Shown here piece by piece: positions 25,980 to 39,316 of a DNA stretch of 60,655 nucleotides. Positions within the stretch are counted from its first letter, which is position 1, and each line of letters begins with the position of its first letter. Source of the DNA: Octopus bimaculoides (lineage: Eukaryota); assembly GCF_001194135.2 (NCBI RefSeq), contig NC_068990.1, positions 38,957,386 through 39,018,040 of the forward strand, given 5' to 3'. The notes below the pieces were generated by a model. That model made no database searches, was not told the origin of the DNA, and saw nothing but the letters and a program-made list of their open reading frames with translations. The position numbers were made by a program, and so were the translations under genes.

Positions 25980-27421
25980 CTCTGTGTTCAAGTGTGTTCT
26001 TTTGTATTTGTAAAGTGTTTATGTATTTTTGTATGTTGGGTTTGTTTCTTCTATATTTTTCACAATCATTCAATGGAAAAAAAAAACTGTTTTTACTCAT
26101 ATCAACTTCTATCAGTGATTTCGAAGCGAAACTACTTAAAAAAATAAAAATTTGTGTTTATATATTGTTATTTTTTCTCATTTCCTCTCACTCTATCTCC
26201 CCTCTCTCTCTCCCGCTTTGTATATATAATGTTTGTTTGTCTTTATTTTTTATTTTTCCTTAATTCATTTTAAATCAACGTTTTTTATTGTTTTTATTTT
26301 TTCATATGTTGATTTTCTTTTTTCTAATAAATATAATTTCAATCCAGTTTTTCTTGCTTTTGTGATATTTTGTCCTTCCCTTGATTTCAACAAGAGGTTT
26401 TCAGATTTTGATTATTTAGAATTCAGAGTTTTATTCTCCTGATTTTGTTTTATTATTGTTGTTATCATTATTATTGTTATTGTTGTTATTATCGTTGCTG
26501 TTATTGCTTTTACATTTAATAGCTATATTTTATATTTTTCTGGATACTTTACTCAGATATGTACCCGCTTCTAAGCGTAAAATTCCGCACACTGATCATT
26601 GAAATCTAAACGGCGGCTTTTTCCTTTTAAAACTAGCTTGGTATCTTTACAAAATATAGGAATGTGTTCGATTCCCGGATGTTGAGTTTTTTTTTCACTT
26701 CATTAAGGTCAGTGATGCGCATAATAACAGCATTAGTGGCATCAATAGAACACAACATATCACTACCTCTCTGTCTCTTACATTCTCTCTCTCTTTCTCT
26801 TTCTGAGCGGTGTATATAAAGTATATATATATATATATATATATNNNNNNNNNNNNNNNNNNNNNNNNNNNNNNNNNNNNNNNNNNNNNNNNNNNNNNNN
26901 NNNNNNNNNNNNNNNNNNNNNNNNNNNNNNNNNNNNNNNNNNNNNNNNNNNNNNNNNNNNNNNNNNNNNNNNNNNNNNNNNNNNNNNNNNNNNNNNNNNN
27001 NNNNNNNNNNNNNNNNNNNNNNNNNNNNNNNNNNNNNNNNNNNNNNNNNNNNNNNNNNNNNNNNNNNNNNNNNNNNNNNNNNNNNNNNNNNNNNNNNNNN
27101 NNNNNNNNNNNNNNNATATATATATATATCTACACACATATAGATAAATATATATGTACATGTATATATATATATATATGTGTGTGTGTGCGTGTGTGTG
27201 TGTGTTTGTGTGTGTGTGGGTGTGTGTGTGTGTGTGTGTGTATGTATATATATGTGTGTCTGTATCTATCTATATGTATATACATGGGTGTTTGTATGTA
27301 CATTCATACATATATTCATTCACAGATACACACACGCACATATATACATCCATCTATCCATCTATCCATCCATCCATCCGTCCATCTATCCATGCATACA
27401 TACATACATACATACATATCT

Positions 27422-27455
<34 letters not shown>

Positions 27456-28099
27456 CCCCTCTGATTTTCGTGCAACAATAATGTTACTCATTTTGTGACA
27501 AATAACGTTGGCCCCAAAAGGATTTGAACTCAGAAGAAAAAGAAAGAATTTCGATCGTACAGAGTCTTTGTCCCGCGAGCTACTCATTCCGGAACTCCAC
27601 CATTCACTGTTAAACATAATACACAGTCATATTTAACATTGAAATAATGAGAGAGATATGTTGCCAATAATTATAGTCCTATGGTTCAAATAATTGCCCA
27701 TATTACATTTGTGATAATAATTAGAGTCAGGGATTTCCAGAATTGTGTTGAACCCCACCTTTAATCTTGATCATTACCATCATAAGAAAATTTGGTATGG
27801 ATGGTTGAAAAATCATAGATGAATTTTGAGATAGCATATTACCATGTTTTTTCGAGATTCAATTCGTAAGATACATTATATCTTATGCTGTTTAGTTTAG
27901 CTTATTTTTAACTATATTATTTTTACCTTCCTCAAAGATGAAATATCTAATAGTTTATTTTTTGACTACACTATCTTGATATTTTAATGAGAGATTTGGT
28001 AATGATATGTTGTCGTGTTCATTCTTTAACTGACTATTAAGTGTGTGAGTATAATATGTCGCCAAATACTTGAGATACAGTTTGAGCGCCAGGTTTCAG

Positions 28100-28370
28100 C
28101 TAGAGTTTTATTACATGAAGTGGATGACTCTCCTGGATGTGACAACATCAATCCTTGGTAAATTCTTGCTGTCTATTCCATTTTAGTGAACTAAGCCCGT
28201 GTAGAGTAAATATTTCTCTCTAGACACAATGTCTTCCTAGATACACAACATAATAACATTAGTGAATTCAAAATTCAAGTATCATGTGCAAAATGTCCAT
28301 CACTTATTCCACTCAATCAGTTATCAAATAACTCACTATGTAAAATTAAGTATCTATGACTGGGTATTGG
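28100..28370 (+). mobile_element. Very old APE-type LINE RT fragment
   Basis: DSPGCDNINP resembles KSPG.D.I.P, followed at a plausible distance by ..SN.LCKI. Many stops. Confidence 0.3.
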
Positions 28371-29529
28371 ATCAGTATTACTATTTTGACATTTAGGACG
28401 ATATTTTACTTACTCTCTGTCTTTGGTCCCCGAAGTACATAGTACGAATCAAAATAAAAGTACAGAAAAACGATATACTTAAAATACGAAGTAATGGGTG
28501 GCCTAATAAAGTATAGTTTACCTCTTCTCCATGATTTCAGTACAATTTTTTCTCTTCCTATCTCTTTCATTCCCACCATGTTAAAATTTATATTATTCAT
28601 TTATTTGTATTTGTATATTATTTTTCCCGGTTTGTAGTTCTTGTTTTCATTAATAAAATATCTTATTCTACATCCTACCAATCCATCTTTTCAACACTTC
28701 CTTTTTTTTTTTATTTATAATTTCTCTAGTCTGTTTTTATTTTCTAAAACACAGCTGCTCCAACCACGATACTCTACAATTTCAAATTTCAAACAGCAAA
28801 TAAATGTAAGTGAAACTTGTCTTTTCCTTTTCCTTTATTTTATTTTATTTTATTCATTTTTTATTAAATCATAGATAAATATTAAAGTAAATTACAGAAA
28901 AAAAAAGCCACCATCATCAACATACCACCACCACGAATAATAATATTAACAGCAGCGATAATATTAAACTTCAAGGCACACTAGCGTTGATAAATCATAT
29001 TTCTCTGGGAAAGAAAGTAAAACGTTAATACAATAAATTGACACTGAAAGGTTGGGTTTCAACAAAACTTTTTTACGAGTTTTTATTATTTTAGTTTAAA
29101 TCTAGGTCGATATATTTAGATGCAATGCGTTTTTTTTTCCTTCTATCTTGTTTTTTTTATTGCTTTTTTCTATTTTAACAGTATCAAAATGATAGATGTT
29201 TGCATTTTAATGTATATTTTCTTTTTTATCTTGATTATTATGATTGTATAGGATACTGAGATACTGGGAAGTCTGTGAATAACATTTTACGGGAGATGGG
29301 TTGTGTTAAACAAAGTGAAATTACACCAATATGTTAAAAACATGTGATGATAGTAATTCATAGCAAAGACTGAGATCGCTGCCGTGTGTATGGAATGTGT
29401 AACGCGATGGCAGCAGATGAGAGCAGATGTAGGATAGAGGTAGCAGATAGTAGGTTGGATTCATAACCGTAATACTTGATACCCAACTAAAATATAAATG
29501 TTTGTGACTGTGTGTATATGTATGCGTGT

Positions 29530-29560
29530 TTATTATTATTATTATTATTATTATTATTGT

Positions 29561-29610
<50 letters not shown>

Positions 29611-29629
29611 GTAGTAGTAGTAGTAGTAT

Positions 29630-29693
<64 letters not shown>

Positions 29694-29700
29694 AGTAGTA
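29530..29700. repeat. (ATT)n then (ACT)n-(AGT)n palindromic microsatellite
   Basis: An ACT run flips to an AGT run across a central CTAG. Confidence 0.95.
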
Positions 29701-30766
29701 GATCTACATACACTTGATATGTAAATATGATAGCAGATATGATGGCGCCTGGGAAACATCTGTTTGTCTTACATATTCACAATGTATTCAACAGTGCTGG
29801 GAAATAGTTCTTTATGTATTTTGGTCAGTTCCAAAAGAAAATATATTTTCTTGAATTTCGAGTTCCTATTTCTGTTGGGTAGGATATCTATAGAAGCGAT
29901 TGTAAAGTTTAGCAGTACTTCTTATCAAGGATAATGTTTGAGGATAATGAAAAGTTGCGAATTTAACACGGGAAAAACGAGTGCTATTTATTCATACGAT
30001 GGTTGGAAACCTTATGTTTGGCAAATATCATGTCGAACGATTGATACGTGAGTTAAATGAAACACTGCTGGTCAACGAATATTTTACTTGATCAGAATAC
30101 TATCGGATATCTATCGTGGTGAACCTGATGTGTAACCTTCATTTCAAACCATTACTGATACTCATATATATTCTAAGTGCGGTATATGCTATGAAAGAAT
30201 CCTTGTAGGCAATCTAGCATTAAACAACTTTCTACAATATCAATGTCTTATAATTAAAAAAACATCGAAGCTCATTGTTGCTATTCAAATTATTGCTGGT
30301 CATTTATAGTTTTCATAGGATCTGTATATTTAATGATATTACTAAACTTGTAAAATATTCTAAATAATCTATTTACTATTTACTTCAGACAATAAACAGA
30401 CTTTCACTTAATATTTAGCAAAATAATCTTTATATGAATGATATAAATATGAGATGGTTGCTAGTCTATGTATAAGTTTAACTGAATTGACGATTGCGGC
30501 AATGGGTCAGTACATTGAGTTATATATTAAGTAGGTCGACAGATCTAGATTAGCAATATACTTGTTCTATTGAAGATAGTGACACCTTTTATCGAATTAG
30601 TGACACAGATTCACGTTACAGTACTTTGGTAAAGTAAACAATTCCACAGTGAAAACGGGGCAGAGAATGTAACAGCTTACTGGGTGGTAAACGAGATCCC
30701 GTTTGTTTAATTTCCCAATCTATGGTTTCTTCAAACGACTGTGTCATTTAGGGTTTGATAGGGTTT

Positions 30767-30767
<1 letters not shown>

Positions 30768-30849
<82 letters not shown>

Positions 30850-30881
30850 CTGCTGCTGCTTCTACTACAACTAGAAGCAGT

Positions 30882-30928
<47 letters not shown>

Positions 30929-30960
30929 TAGTAGTAGTAATAGTAGTAGTAGTAGTAGAT
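30768..30960. repeat. (ACT)n-(AGT)n palindrome followed by (GCA)n/(GTA)n
   Basis: Direct reading. Confidence 0.95.
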
Positions 30961-31196
30961 TTTGTTGTTAACGTTCTTATTGTTTGATGGCTAAAATCTG
31001 AAAGTATGCCAACGAACAGATCTGCAGGATTAATCTTATTAGGTTGTAAATAAGCATAACGACTCAGAGCAACTGGTGACTAAACTGTTTGTAAAATAAA
31101 AGGTGCACAAATATAAAGAAAATATTACATGTGCAGTGGATACATTTTTTTCTATTACCACTAATAAGGTCTCGACTCAGAAATATTAACGTATTA

Positions 31197-31418
31197 AGGC
31201 AGCGAGCTGGCAGAAACATTAACACGCCGGGCGAAAATGCTTAGCGGTATTTCGTCTGTCTTTACGTTCTGAGTTCAAATTCCGCCGAGGTCAACTTTGC
31301 TTTTCTGCCTTTCGGGGTCGATAAATTACGTACCAGCTGCGTACTGGGGCCGATCTAATCAACTGGCTCATCCGCCCCCCAAATTTCTAGCCTTGCGCCT
31401 AGAGGAGAAAAGAAATAT
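31197..31418 (+). mobile_element. SINE family A (tail type ii)
   Basis: GGCAGCGAGCTGGCAGAAACATTAACACGCCGGGCG...GAGTTCAAATTCCGCCGAGGTC...GCCTAGAGGAGAAAAGAAATATT. Confidence 0.92.
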
Positions 31419-31461
31419 TGACATTTGTCTATTTCCAAATCGTATCCGATTAACGTGAGTC

Positions 31462-31675
31462 TAAGGGAATAGGCTTAGTGGTTAGGGTTTTCGAGTCACG
31501 ATCGTAAGGACGTGAGATCGATTCACGGCAGCGCGTTGTGTCTTTGAGCAATATACTTTATTTCACGTTGATCCAGTCCACTCAGCTGGCAAAAATGAGT
31601 AGTACCTGTAATTCAAAGAGTCAGCCTTGTCACATTCTGTTTCACGCTGAATCTCTCTGAGAACTATGTCAACAA
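31462..31675 (+). mobile_element. CORE-like tRNA SINE with tail T1
   Basis: tRNA-like head GGCTTAGTGGTTAGG...TCGATTC; CORE-like GTGTCTTTGAGCAA.ATACTT...CAGTCCACTCAGCTGGCAAAAATGAGT; tail CCTGTAATTCAAAG.GTCAGCCTTGTCACA. Confidence 0.8.
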
Positions 31676-31829
31676 CATGCATCCGCAGCAACGACGATTA
31701 TGACACCAACTATAGACTAGAAGATATTTAGTTTATTACATTTTGCACATCTCTTGCTCTTCTTGAGGCAAGCAACGCCAGAATCATCGTCATCCTCTTC
31801 AGCAGCAGCAGCAGCAGCAACAGCAGCAA

Positions 31830-31865
<36 letters not shown>

Positions 31866-32875
31866 TAGTAGTAGCAGTATCGGTAGTAGTGGTAGTAGTA
31901 GTAGTAGTAGTGTTTTGTGACGGGAGTGGCAGTGGCGGTGGTGCTAAATTTCAAAATGTCTCACTGAATAAATATCAGATTAATTTCACGAGATTACAAA
32001 TATGATAAAAACTAAATGCGAATTTGATGCATTTTGCTTCCATTTTAAAATATCAGACAGACGCAAAGCAATGGAAGAACTGTAAATGATAGAACTGGTG
32101 ACGTGTTACACGGTTTTCTTTGATATAATCTGCTTCTTTCAATTTATTAATTTATTTTTCATATTTATTTTTAGTTAGCTATTTCTTTGTTGATAATTTT
32201 GCTTACTGCTATTTCATTAAAACTTCTTGCTTTATTCAAGCAAAAATATATAAATAAATAATAAATAATGCAAAAATTAAAATAAACTGGGACTCAACAG
32301 TATTTTCAATGGCTGCAACGTCTCGAAATACATGTCACCAGGATACTGAGTCATTATGATCNNNNNNNNNNNNNNNNNNNNNNNNNNNNNNNNNNNNNNN
32401 NNNNNNNNNNNNNNNNNNNNNNNNNNNNNNNNNNNNNNNNNNNNNNNNNNNNNNNNNNNNNNNNNNNNNNNNNNNNNNNNNNNNNNNNNNNNNNNNNNNN
32501 NNNNNNNNNNNNNNNNNNNNNNNNNNNNNNNNNNNNNNNNNNNNNNNNNNNNNNNNNNNNNNNNNNNNNNNNNNNNNNNNNNNNNNNNNNNNNNNNNNNN
32601 NNNNNNNNNNNNNNNNNNNNNNNNNNNNNNNNNNNNNNNNNNNNNNNNNNNNNNNNNNNNNNNNNNNNNNNNNNNNNNNNNNNNNNNNNNNNNNNNNNNN
32701 NNNNNNNNNNNNNNNNNNNNNNNNNNNNNNNNNNNNNNNNNNNNNNNNNNNNNNNNNNNNNNNNNNNNNNNNNNNNNNNNNNNNNNNNNNNNNNNNNNNN
32801 NNNNNNNNNNNNNNNNNNNNNNNNNNNNNNNNNNNNNNNNNNNNNNNNNNNNNNNNNNNNNNNNNNACATCGACC

Positions 32876-33790
32876 CAGCGCCGAATTAAGGCGCATTGGG
32901 GCCCTAAGTACCTAAAGGATGTTGTTGTCCCATATATAAATAATTCTAAATAGAAACAAGAATAAACCATAAAATATATTTTTATTTTTCAAAAATTGAA
33001 ATAGAAATAGCAGTAAGATGGAAAATAACATTTATTTTTTATAGACATCTACTTTAGTGGAGGCACATGGCCTAGTGGTTAGATCAGCGGAATCGTGGTC
33101 GAGTGATCACGGGTTCGAATCTCAGACCGGGTGATGTGTGTGTTTATGAACAAAACACCTAAGCTCCACGCGGCTCCGGTAGAAGGTAATGGCGAACTTC
33201 TGCTGACACTTTCGCCACAACTTGCTTTCGCTCTTTCCTCCTGCAACTAGTAACTCACTTGCGGACAGATCGGCATCCTATCCAGATGGGGAACCTATAC
33301 GCTAATGAAACCGGGAACCAGCCCTTATGAGCTAGGTATGGCTCGAGAAGGAACAACAACATACATCCACTTTATTTATATTTGAAAAGTTTTCTCTTAC
33401 ATTTTTAATTGCAGTTGTTCGTTGATCAGATCCTCAAAATCAATCATGCGTAACACATCTGCTTCTACACTTAGAGATAAAGCATCCTTGTTCTGATGGG
33501 ATTTATAATATACTAGAGAAAATGAACACTCATCTGAGTAATTTGTGATCATTGATGTTAAAAATATATGAAAGGCAATGTCTATATTTGGGAAGGTAAA
33601 CTCTTTTATTGTTTTCCACAATTATTTTATAAATTACGGGATGTCACTGTCCTCATTGCAGTTTCTATCGCAATATACAATCATCTTATAAGGACATTTT
33701 GCTTTCACTATTTTACAACGGCAAACTGCACGTTAAGAAAATAAGTAAATACTTAGGTCGATTTTGAATATGTATTCGTCTCATGAAAGA
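32876..33790 (-). mobile_element. hAT DNA transposon 3' end (C-terminal dimerisation domain plus putative TIR)
   Basis: ORF 33397-33621 FPNIDIAFHIFLTSMITNYSDECSFS...ALSLSVEADVLRMIDFEDLI matches the hATC pattern (FPN..IAL.I.LT.P.T..S.ERSFS). CAGCGCCGAATTAAGG..GGGGCCC at 32876 is a hAT-like terminus. Confidence 0.8.
33057..33362 (+). mobile_element. tRNA SINE family C with tail T2, inserted in the hAT element
   Basis: Head GTGGAGGCACATGGCCTAGTGGTTAG...GGGTTCGAATC. Flanked by a 12-bp target-site duplication ACATCTACTTTA (33045-33056) / ACATCCACTTTA (33363-33374). Confidence 0.9.
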
Positions 33791-33952
33791 TTTGATACGA
33801 GAGATTTTGTGTGTAGAGATGGATGATAGCCATTAAATGCCCCTCCTGCAATATTGTTGGCCGTCTGCCTAAAGCTCAAATAATTGCTAGACATGAGTAT
33901 TTTCATAACTCTCCATCATCATCATGGGTTAGATTAAATAAATAGATACATA

Positions 33953-33984
<32 letters not shown>

Positions 33985-34059
33985 CACCTGTTGAGCACAA
34001 ATCAAGACATGACAGAGTTAGCTGTTGTTTGCATCAAGGATTCTCGACTTAAACGTCGC

Positions 34060-34290
34060 AGTTAAGAAGGTTGCTCAGATATCGAGGTCCATATCTTTCT
34101 AAAACAATTTTGCAAAACTAGGCAGTTTGATAAATGCATGAACTGCGTGTACGCCGAAAATCCTGGTCTCACTGATGGGCACCACATCCAAATCTACTGA
34201 TCTGATAAGATTAAGTAAGTTACGTTGCTTCCTGATAAAGTCTTCTAGGTTATCTCCATTTATACAAGCAACCGTGACCACAGTTTGCCT
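34060..34290 (-). mobile_element. LINE (L1/Tx1-like) ORF2 apurinic endonuclease N-terminal fragment
   Basis: ORF 34099-34281 VACINGDNL...KQRNLLNLIRSVDLDVVPISETR resembles the start of an APE domain (N..GL...K...L..L....DV..IQET). Confidence 0.65.
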
Positions 34291-34632
34291 GGGCGGAAAA
34301 TCAATGATGAAGTTTCTTTATTTTCGAAGAACGGTTAATCATGTTATTTTCGTAGGGAGGATGGTTTTTAAAGGTTTTTCTACGATGTACTTGTTCTGAA
34401 TATTTTTTAGTGCTGAGATATCGACGTTATCAATCTCACTATTTATCTTATTTATAATAATAAAGTCGAGGAGCGTGATACTTAGGTGGAAATTGAAGAA
34501 CACTTGACGTCGTTAAAGTTTGTATGCGAGTTCAGTAATCACAGACGTGCAACGCGTATTTGAGCCGGGGTCGACTTCAGAGTTGATAAAATAAGTACCA
34601 GTTGAACGCTAGGATTAATGTAATAGACCCAT

Positions 34633-34747
<115 letters not shown>

Positions 34748-35658
34748 TATGCGTATAATTCATGCTGCTGCTGTTGCTACTATTGTGGTTGTTTTTACTG
34801 CTATACTTTTCGACATTTAAATCAATATCAGAAAAATGAGAAGTTGCAAACACAAAATAAAAAAAAATTAACTAACGCCAAAGAAATGTCTGGGATAAAG
34901 AATATAACTAAATAAATATATAATGAAAAGACGTATAAGGAAATAATATTGTTTAAAGAAAAATTACGGACAAAGATAAACGATATTGGAGCCAAGAGAC
35001 CATTATGTCTACATATTATTTGATGAAGCAAAATATGTAGTATGCAAATGTCGGCGTTGCATGAGTAAAATCGGTGCCACAAGCTGTCTGTGCGTCTGTC
35101 TCGCTATTTCCTACTTCTAACTAAGAATTGAAAATACGGGTATAAGTGTTGATCAAAGAACAAGAATATCGGTTACACGCTGAAGATTATACTCATCACT
35201 ATGTAATATGAATTATGTTAAAGTTTCTTGACTTACTGCATCAGACGCCCGTTTTACTATCAAGAATATGTTCAATTGAAATTTCCATGGTGATAGCAGG
35301 TCATTGGGTTCTATTTTGGTTATAGAAGATTCCACCAGTCACGTTTACACGTTAACTGCAAACGTTTGCATATTCTCGTTACATGAGTTTGTACAACTTC
35401 ATATATTTTCTGTTAACTAAATGGATAACAAAATAGTTGAAGTGGAACCCACTGTTTTTCCAGGGAAACTATCAAAGAATCATGCGCCATGCTTCGTCAC
35501 AATATATATTAGCGTAGTTATAACATTCTGTCGTATAGCAACATTATTGTTCCTAAATTACGAACTAAAATTAATTATACATACATACACGCGTACACAC
35601 GTTCACATATATATATATTCATGTGTCTATACACCACACCCATATACATGTATGCTTA

Positions 35659-35738
<80 letters not shown>

Positions 35739-36317
35739 TGTGCGTGCGTGCGTGCGTATGTCTGTGTGGATGGGTATATGCGTACCTACTTAGTTCCATA
35801 AATAAGGGTGAGGTATGTATAGCTGTTTAGACAGAATTCCATACTTGTCTTGCAGCCGTATACAGAAGCCATATGTTTTCACACAGTTCAAGCTAAAATT
35901 GTGAAAGCATATTGTCCGTTTTAACCATTATAAAAAATTTAAATTAATCGCTTTGTTAAACAAAACCTATCGAATGATATTACCTAGAATGCCAAACAGA
36001 CAAGAGCTGACTTGTATCTCTTAGGATTGAATTCGTCAAAACTTGGAAGTGTTATGTTGATAGCCTGTCAGGAGATGTTTTGTCATCTAACACATTAATG
36101 CATAATGATGCATTGCACACGCTTTCGAGTAGAAAAAATGTCAAAACCTACGCAAATCTCGGAGGATGTTCTTAAAATAAAGGCCTATTTAATAATGGAA
36201 TTACAAATCAAGAATTTGAGCAATTTGACTATAGATCGGAAGAGTAATTCTGACTTGCAGATAAGCAACAACCAGGCTCATTCTTTGCCTTTTATATCAG
36301 CACATTCGCACACACAC

Positions 36318-36361
<44 letters not shown>

Positions 36362-36989
36362 GCGCGCGCNNNNNNNNNNACACACACACACGCGCGCGCG
36401 CGCGCGCGCGCGCATATATTTTATTTTCGTTGACTGACTCGACTAAAATAAAATATATTAATTTCTACTATGGTATTGAGTAAACATTCTTCCCGACAGT
36501 TAACACTAAACATACATATTTATAGGAGACTATTGTAGTTCGCTTGAAGCAAAGAATAAAAAGTTTTGAATGGTACAACAATACACTATAATACAAAAAA
36601 TGGACTATATACCTGTTGTAATTTAGCTATCTATAGTCCGATGATATTTCGGATTACAAATTCTTCTTCAGATATTCTTAGATGGAGTCGCTGCTATAAA
36701 TTTGCGCGCGCGCGCGCGCGCGTGCGCGCGTGTGTGTGTGTGCGCGCGTGTGTGTGTGTGTGTGTGTTTTGCTGATTCTGTTTTGTTATCCAATAACAAT
36801 CGTTTACTTTATTCAATATTAATATTTGAATAAGCTTGTAAAAACGTCTATGCTTCGCAAAAAGTATTCGCTTGTAGTCCCGGTTCCAGAACTTGTCTCC
36901 AAAGCTTTTGGCCATCTATGCAGATACAGTCTTATAGAAGGAGACTCACCATTATAGGTCTTGACTCATTTTAAACACAGTATTCCCGT

Positions 36990-37420
36990 GACATCATCAA
37001 TAACGTCAGTGCACATATCCTTTCTTCAGGGCATGTATCATTTGGTAATTACTATTTGGCACATAGCCTTTATCCGTAGGATCAAGGTGTTTATCTTTTA
37101 TCAGTGCCGTCAGTATACATATCTTGTATCAATAGCTTCCTGGTATATTACGTATATGAATAATTTCAGGGTATATATTGTTTAGTAGTACCTTCAAGGT
37201 ACATACCGTACATATCCTTCAACAATAACGGAAGAGCACGTATTTCTTATCAATAACTACGGGTAACTTATAAGGATTCTTTATCAATACGTTCGGAACA
37301 CATATCTTATCAGTGCCTTCGGTATACAGATCATTTATCAATAGCTTCAGAGTTCATTTCTTTTATCAATATCATTGCGGTGGGTGAGTGGGGGGGGGTA
37401 CATATCCTGTATCAAATAGA
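36990..37420. repeat. Degenerate ~25-30-bp minisatellite (consensus approx. ACATATCTTTTATCAATAGCTTCRGGT)
   Basis: The core TATC...TATCA(A/G)T(A/G) recurs at roughly 28-bp spacing, about 12-15 units. Confidence 0.7.
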
Positions 37421-37439
37421 TAATAGTTTGTAACTGGAA

Positions 37440-37640
37440 CCAGCAAGAAAGCCTTTACGTGGTTGTTCAAACTTCTTGAAATATCAATCGAACCACACCA
37501 TGGATCTCAAAACATGAAAAGAAAAGTGCGTTAAATAATGCATTAATATATAACCTTAAAAAGAAGACATGATCATGGTCGAGGAGACCGATGATGCTTA
37601 TTCCACCACAACTGACCAGCAGCTAAACAAACAATAACAG
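37440..37640 (+). mobile_element. Interspersed repeat family D (diverged); other copies 48740-48910(+), 54825-55050(+), 55080-55190(-), 59180-59400(-)
   Basis: Shared motifs (CTAGAAATRGCAG..AAATCT..CTCAAAT.ACAC; TTTGATCA; GGGGCTAAA) across copies, aligned by eye. Confidence 0.45.
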
Positions 37641-38253
37641 CAGGAGCAACAACAACAACAACAACAAACAAACAAACAACAACAACGACTGGTCTGTATC
37701 ACCCTGTGCATTAATTTTGTACTTGATAACCTACATTGAACAAACTGCGAACGCTCTAATTGTATTAGAAGCAGGTTATAGACTCGTGAGTATTAATCTA
37801 ATTATTAATCTGTCAAACGACTTTAATCCTACTGAAAACATTTAAAAACATTGTATTTTTTAATCTTTATATCATAATATACATTAAAATGACTGCTGCT
37901 TGTTTTCCTTTTCTGCTTTTGTATTATAATTCAACCTTGAAAGTGAAGACGATTTATTTGTGATGTGAGTGAGTTTTGCTGTTTCTGCTGTTGTTGATAT
38001 TTGGCAGCAACATTCATCTGATCGATCGTACCTATTGTCAAAGACGTTCAAACCCTGAACAACAACTATACTATTCGTATAGAGTGACTATTTCTTCGTG
38101 AAAATGCGTTATAAGTGATTGAGTATATGGTACACAGATCTACCCATGAATATTTTCAGGTTGAATTAACGTGATATTGCGACAATATCCTACGAATTAC
38201 AAACGAGGTAAAAACAAAGGGAGCAGCAGCAGCCATAGTAGTAGTAGTAGTAA

Positions 38254-38292
<39 letters not shown>

Positions 38293-39265
38293 CAGCTACA
38301 TCAGCGGTAGATTTGTGTTACAGTTTACAATGATACCATAGTTTTTGTCTCGCTTTATAAATATTTCTGAAGCACATAGGCAATCAAGACATACCACAAT
38401 GACATTGAAAATAGAAATAGCTCATAATTCCATCAGTCATTACCGAAAACTAGAAAATATTTTTCCTATTTTCCTTCCTATGATCCATTTAGTATTTATT
38501 CTTCAGACAATTTCTGCAACATATTCTTCTATTACTGGAATGCTTCTATCATTTGGAATAAACTTTTAACATTCTAACTTTAATGGATCTTATACAACTT
38601 TTTCCATTGACACCTTGCCGATTTCGCCATGTGTGATACTAAACGGAGAGTAATTTGCCCTGACTCTGTCTCACAAATAAAAAAAACCCTTTACGCTTGG
38701 TATCGTTATACATAAAAAGAAAACCTTCTAGTATTTTGCCTTCATTTTCTTGCCCCACTTGCCTTAACTACTCTAAGCCTCCTACTTAATTCTAAATGCT
38801 TTGTCCTCTAACAAGCCTGTTACATGGTTCAACAATATTTATAAACTATATTCTGCAAATATTTGAGCTAGAACTTTCTTCCAACTTGGAATTGGCATAC
38901 ATTATGAATAACGTTATGTCCAGAAACTTTGAAACATTCTCTCCGGCAGAAGCATCACATTCATTCTTTCGTTTCATCTTTTTTGTCCTCTATACACATG
39001 GTGGCGCCTTAGAAATGCTGATCATCAAGAAAGCATCCTTCTATTCACACTGTGTGTATACACTGTGATTAAATATTTCCCGAATACATTGCGAGTTCAT
39101 AGACGATATACGTACTGAACACAAATTCATAACATCTTTTGAATTGAGATAATATATGTTAATATTTATTTCTCTTTCCTACACCACAATTCCAAGACAC
39201 TTTCAACAGAAATAAACATACACATACAACTATACTTATGTTTGTGCGTATATACATATACACAG

Positions 39266-39316
<51 letters not shown>

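Noticed and set aside
32203-33015. 14-bp inverted match CTTACTGCTATTTC / GAAATAGCAGTAAG across a gap
   Set aside because: Short, AT-rich and similar to a motif of repeat family D; does not extend.
33057-33130. tRNA-like sequences at SINE heads (also 54345-54420, 60343-60415)
   Set aside because: A/B boxes are present but there is no intact cloverleaf, and they continue into SINE bodies; not tRNA genes.
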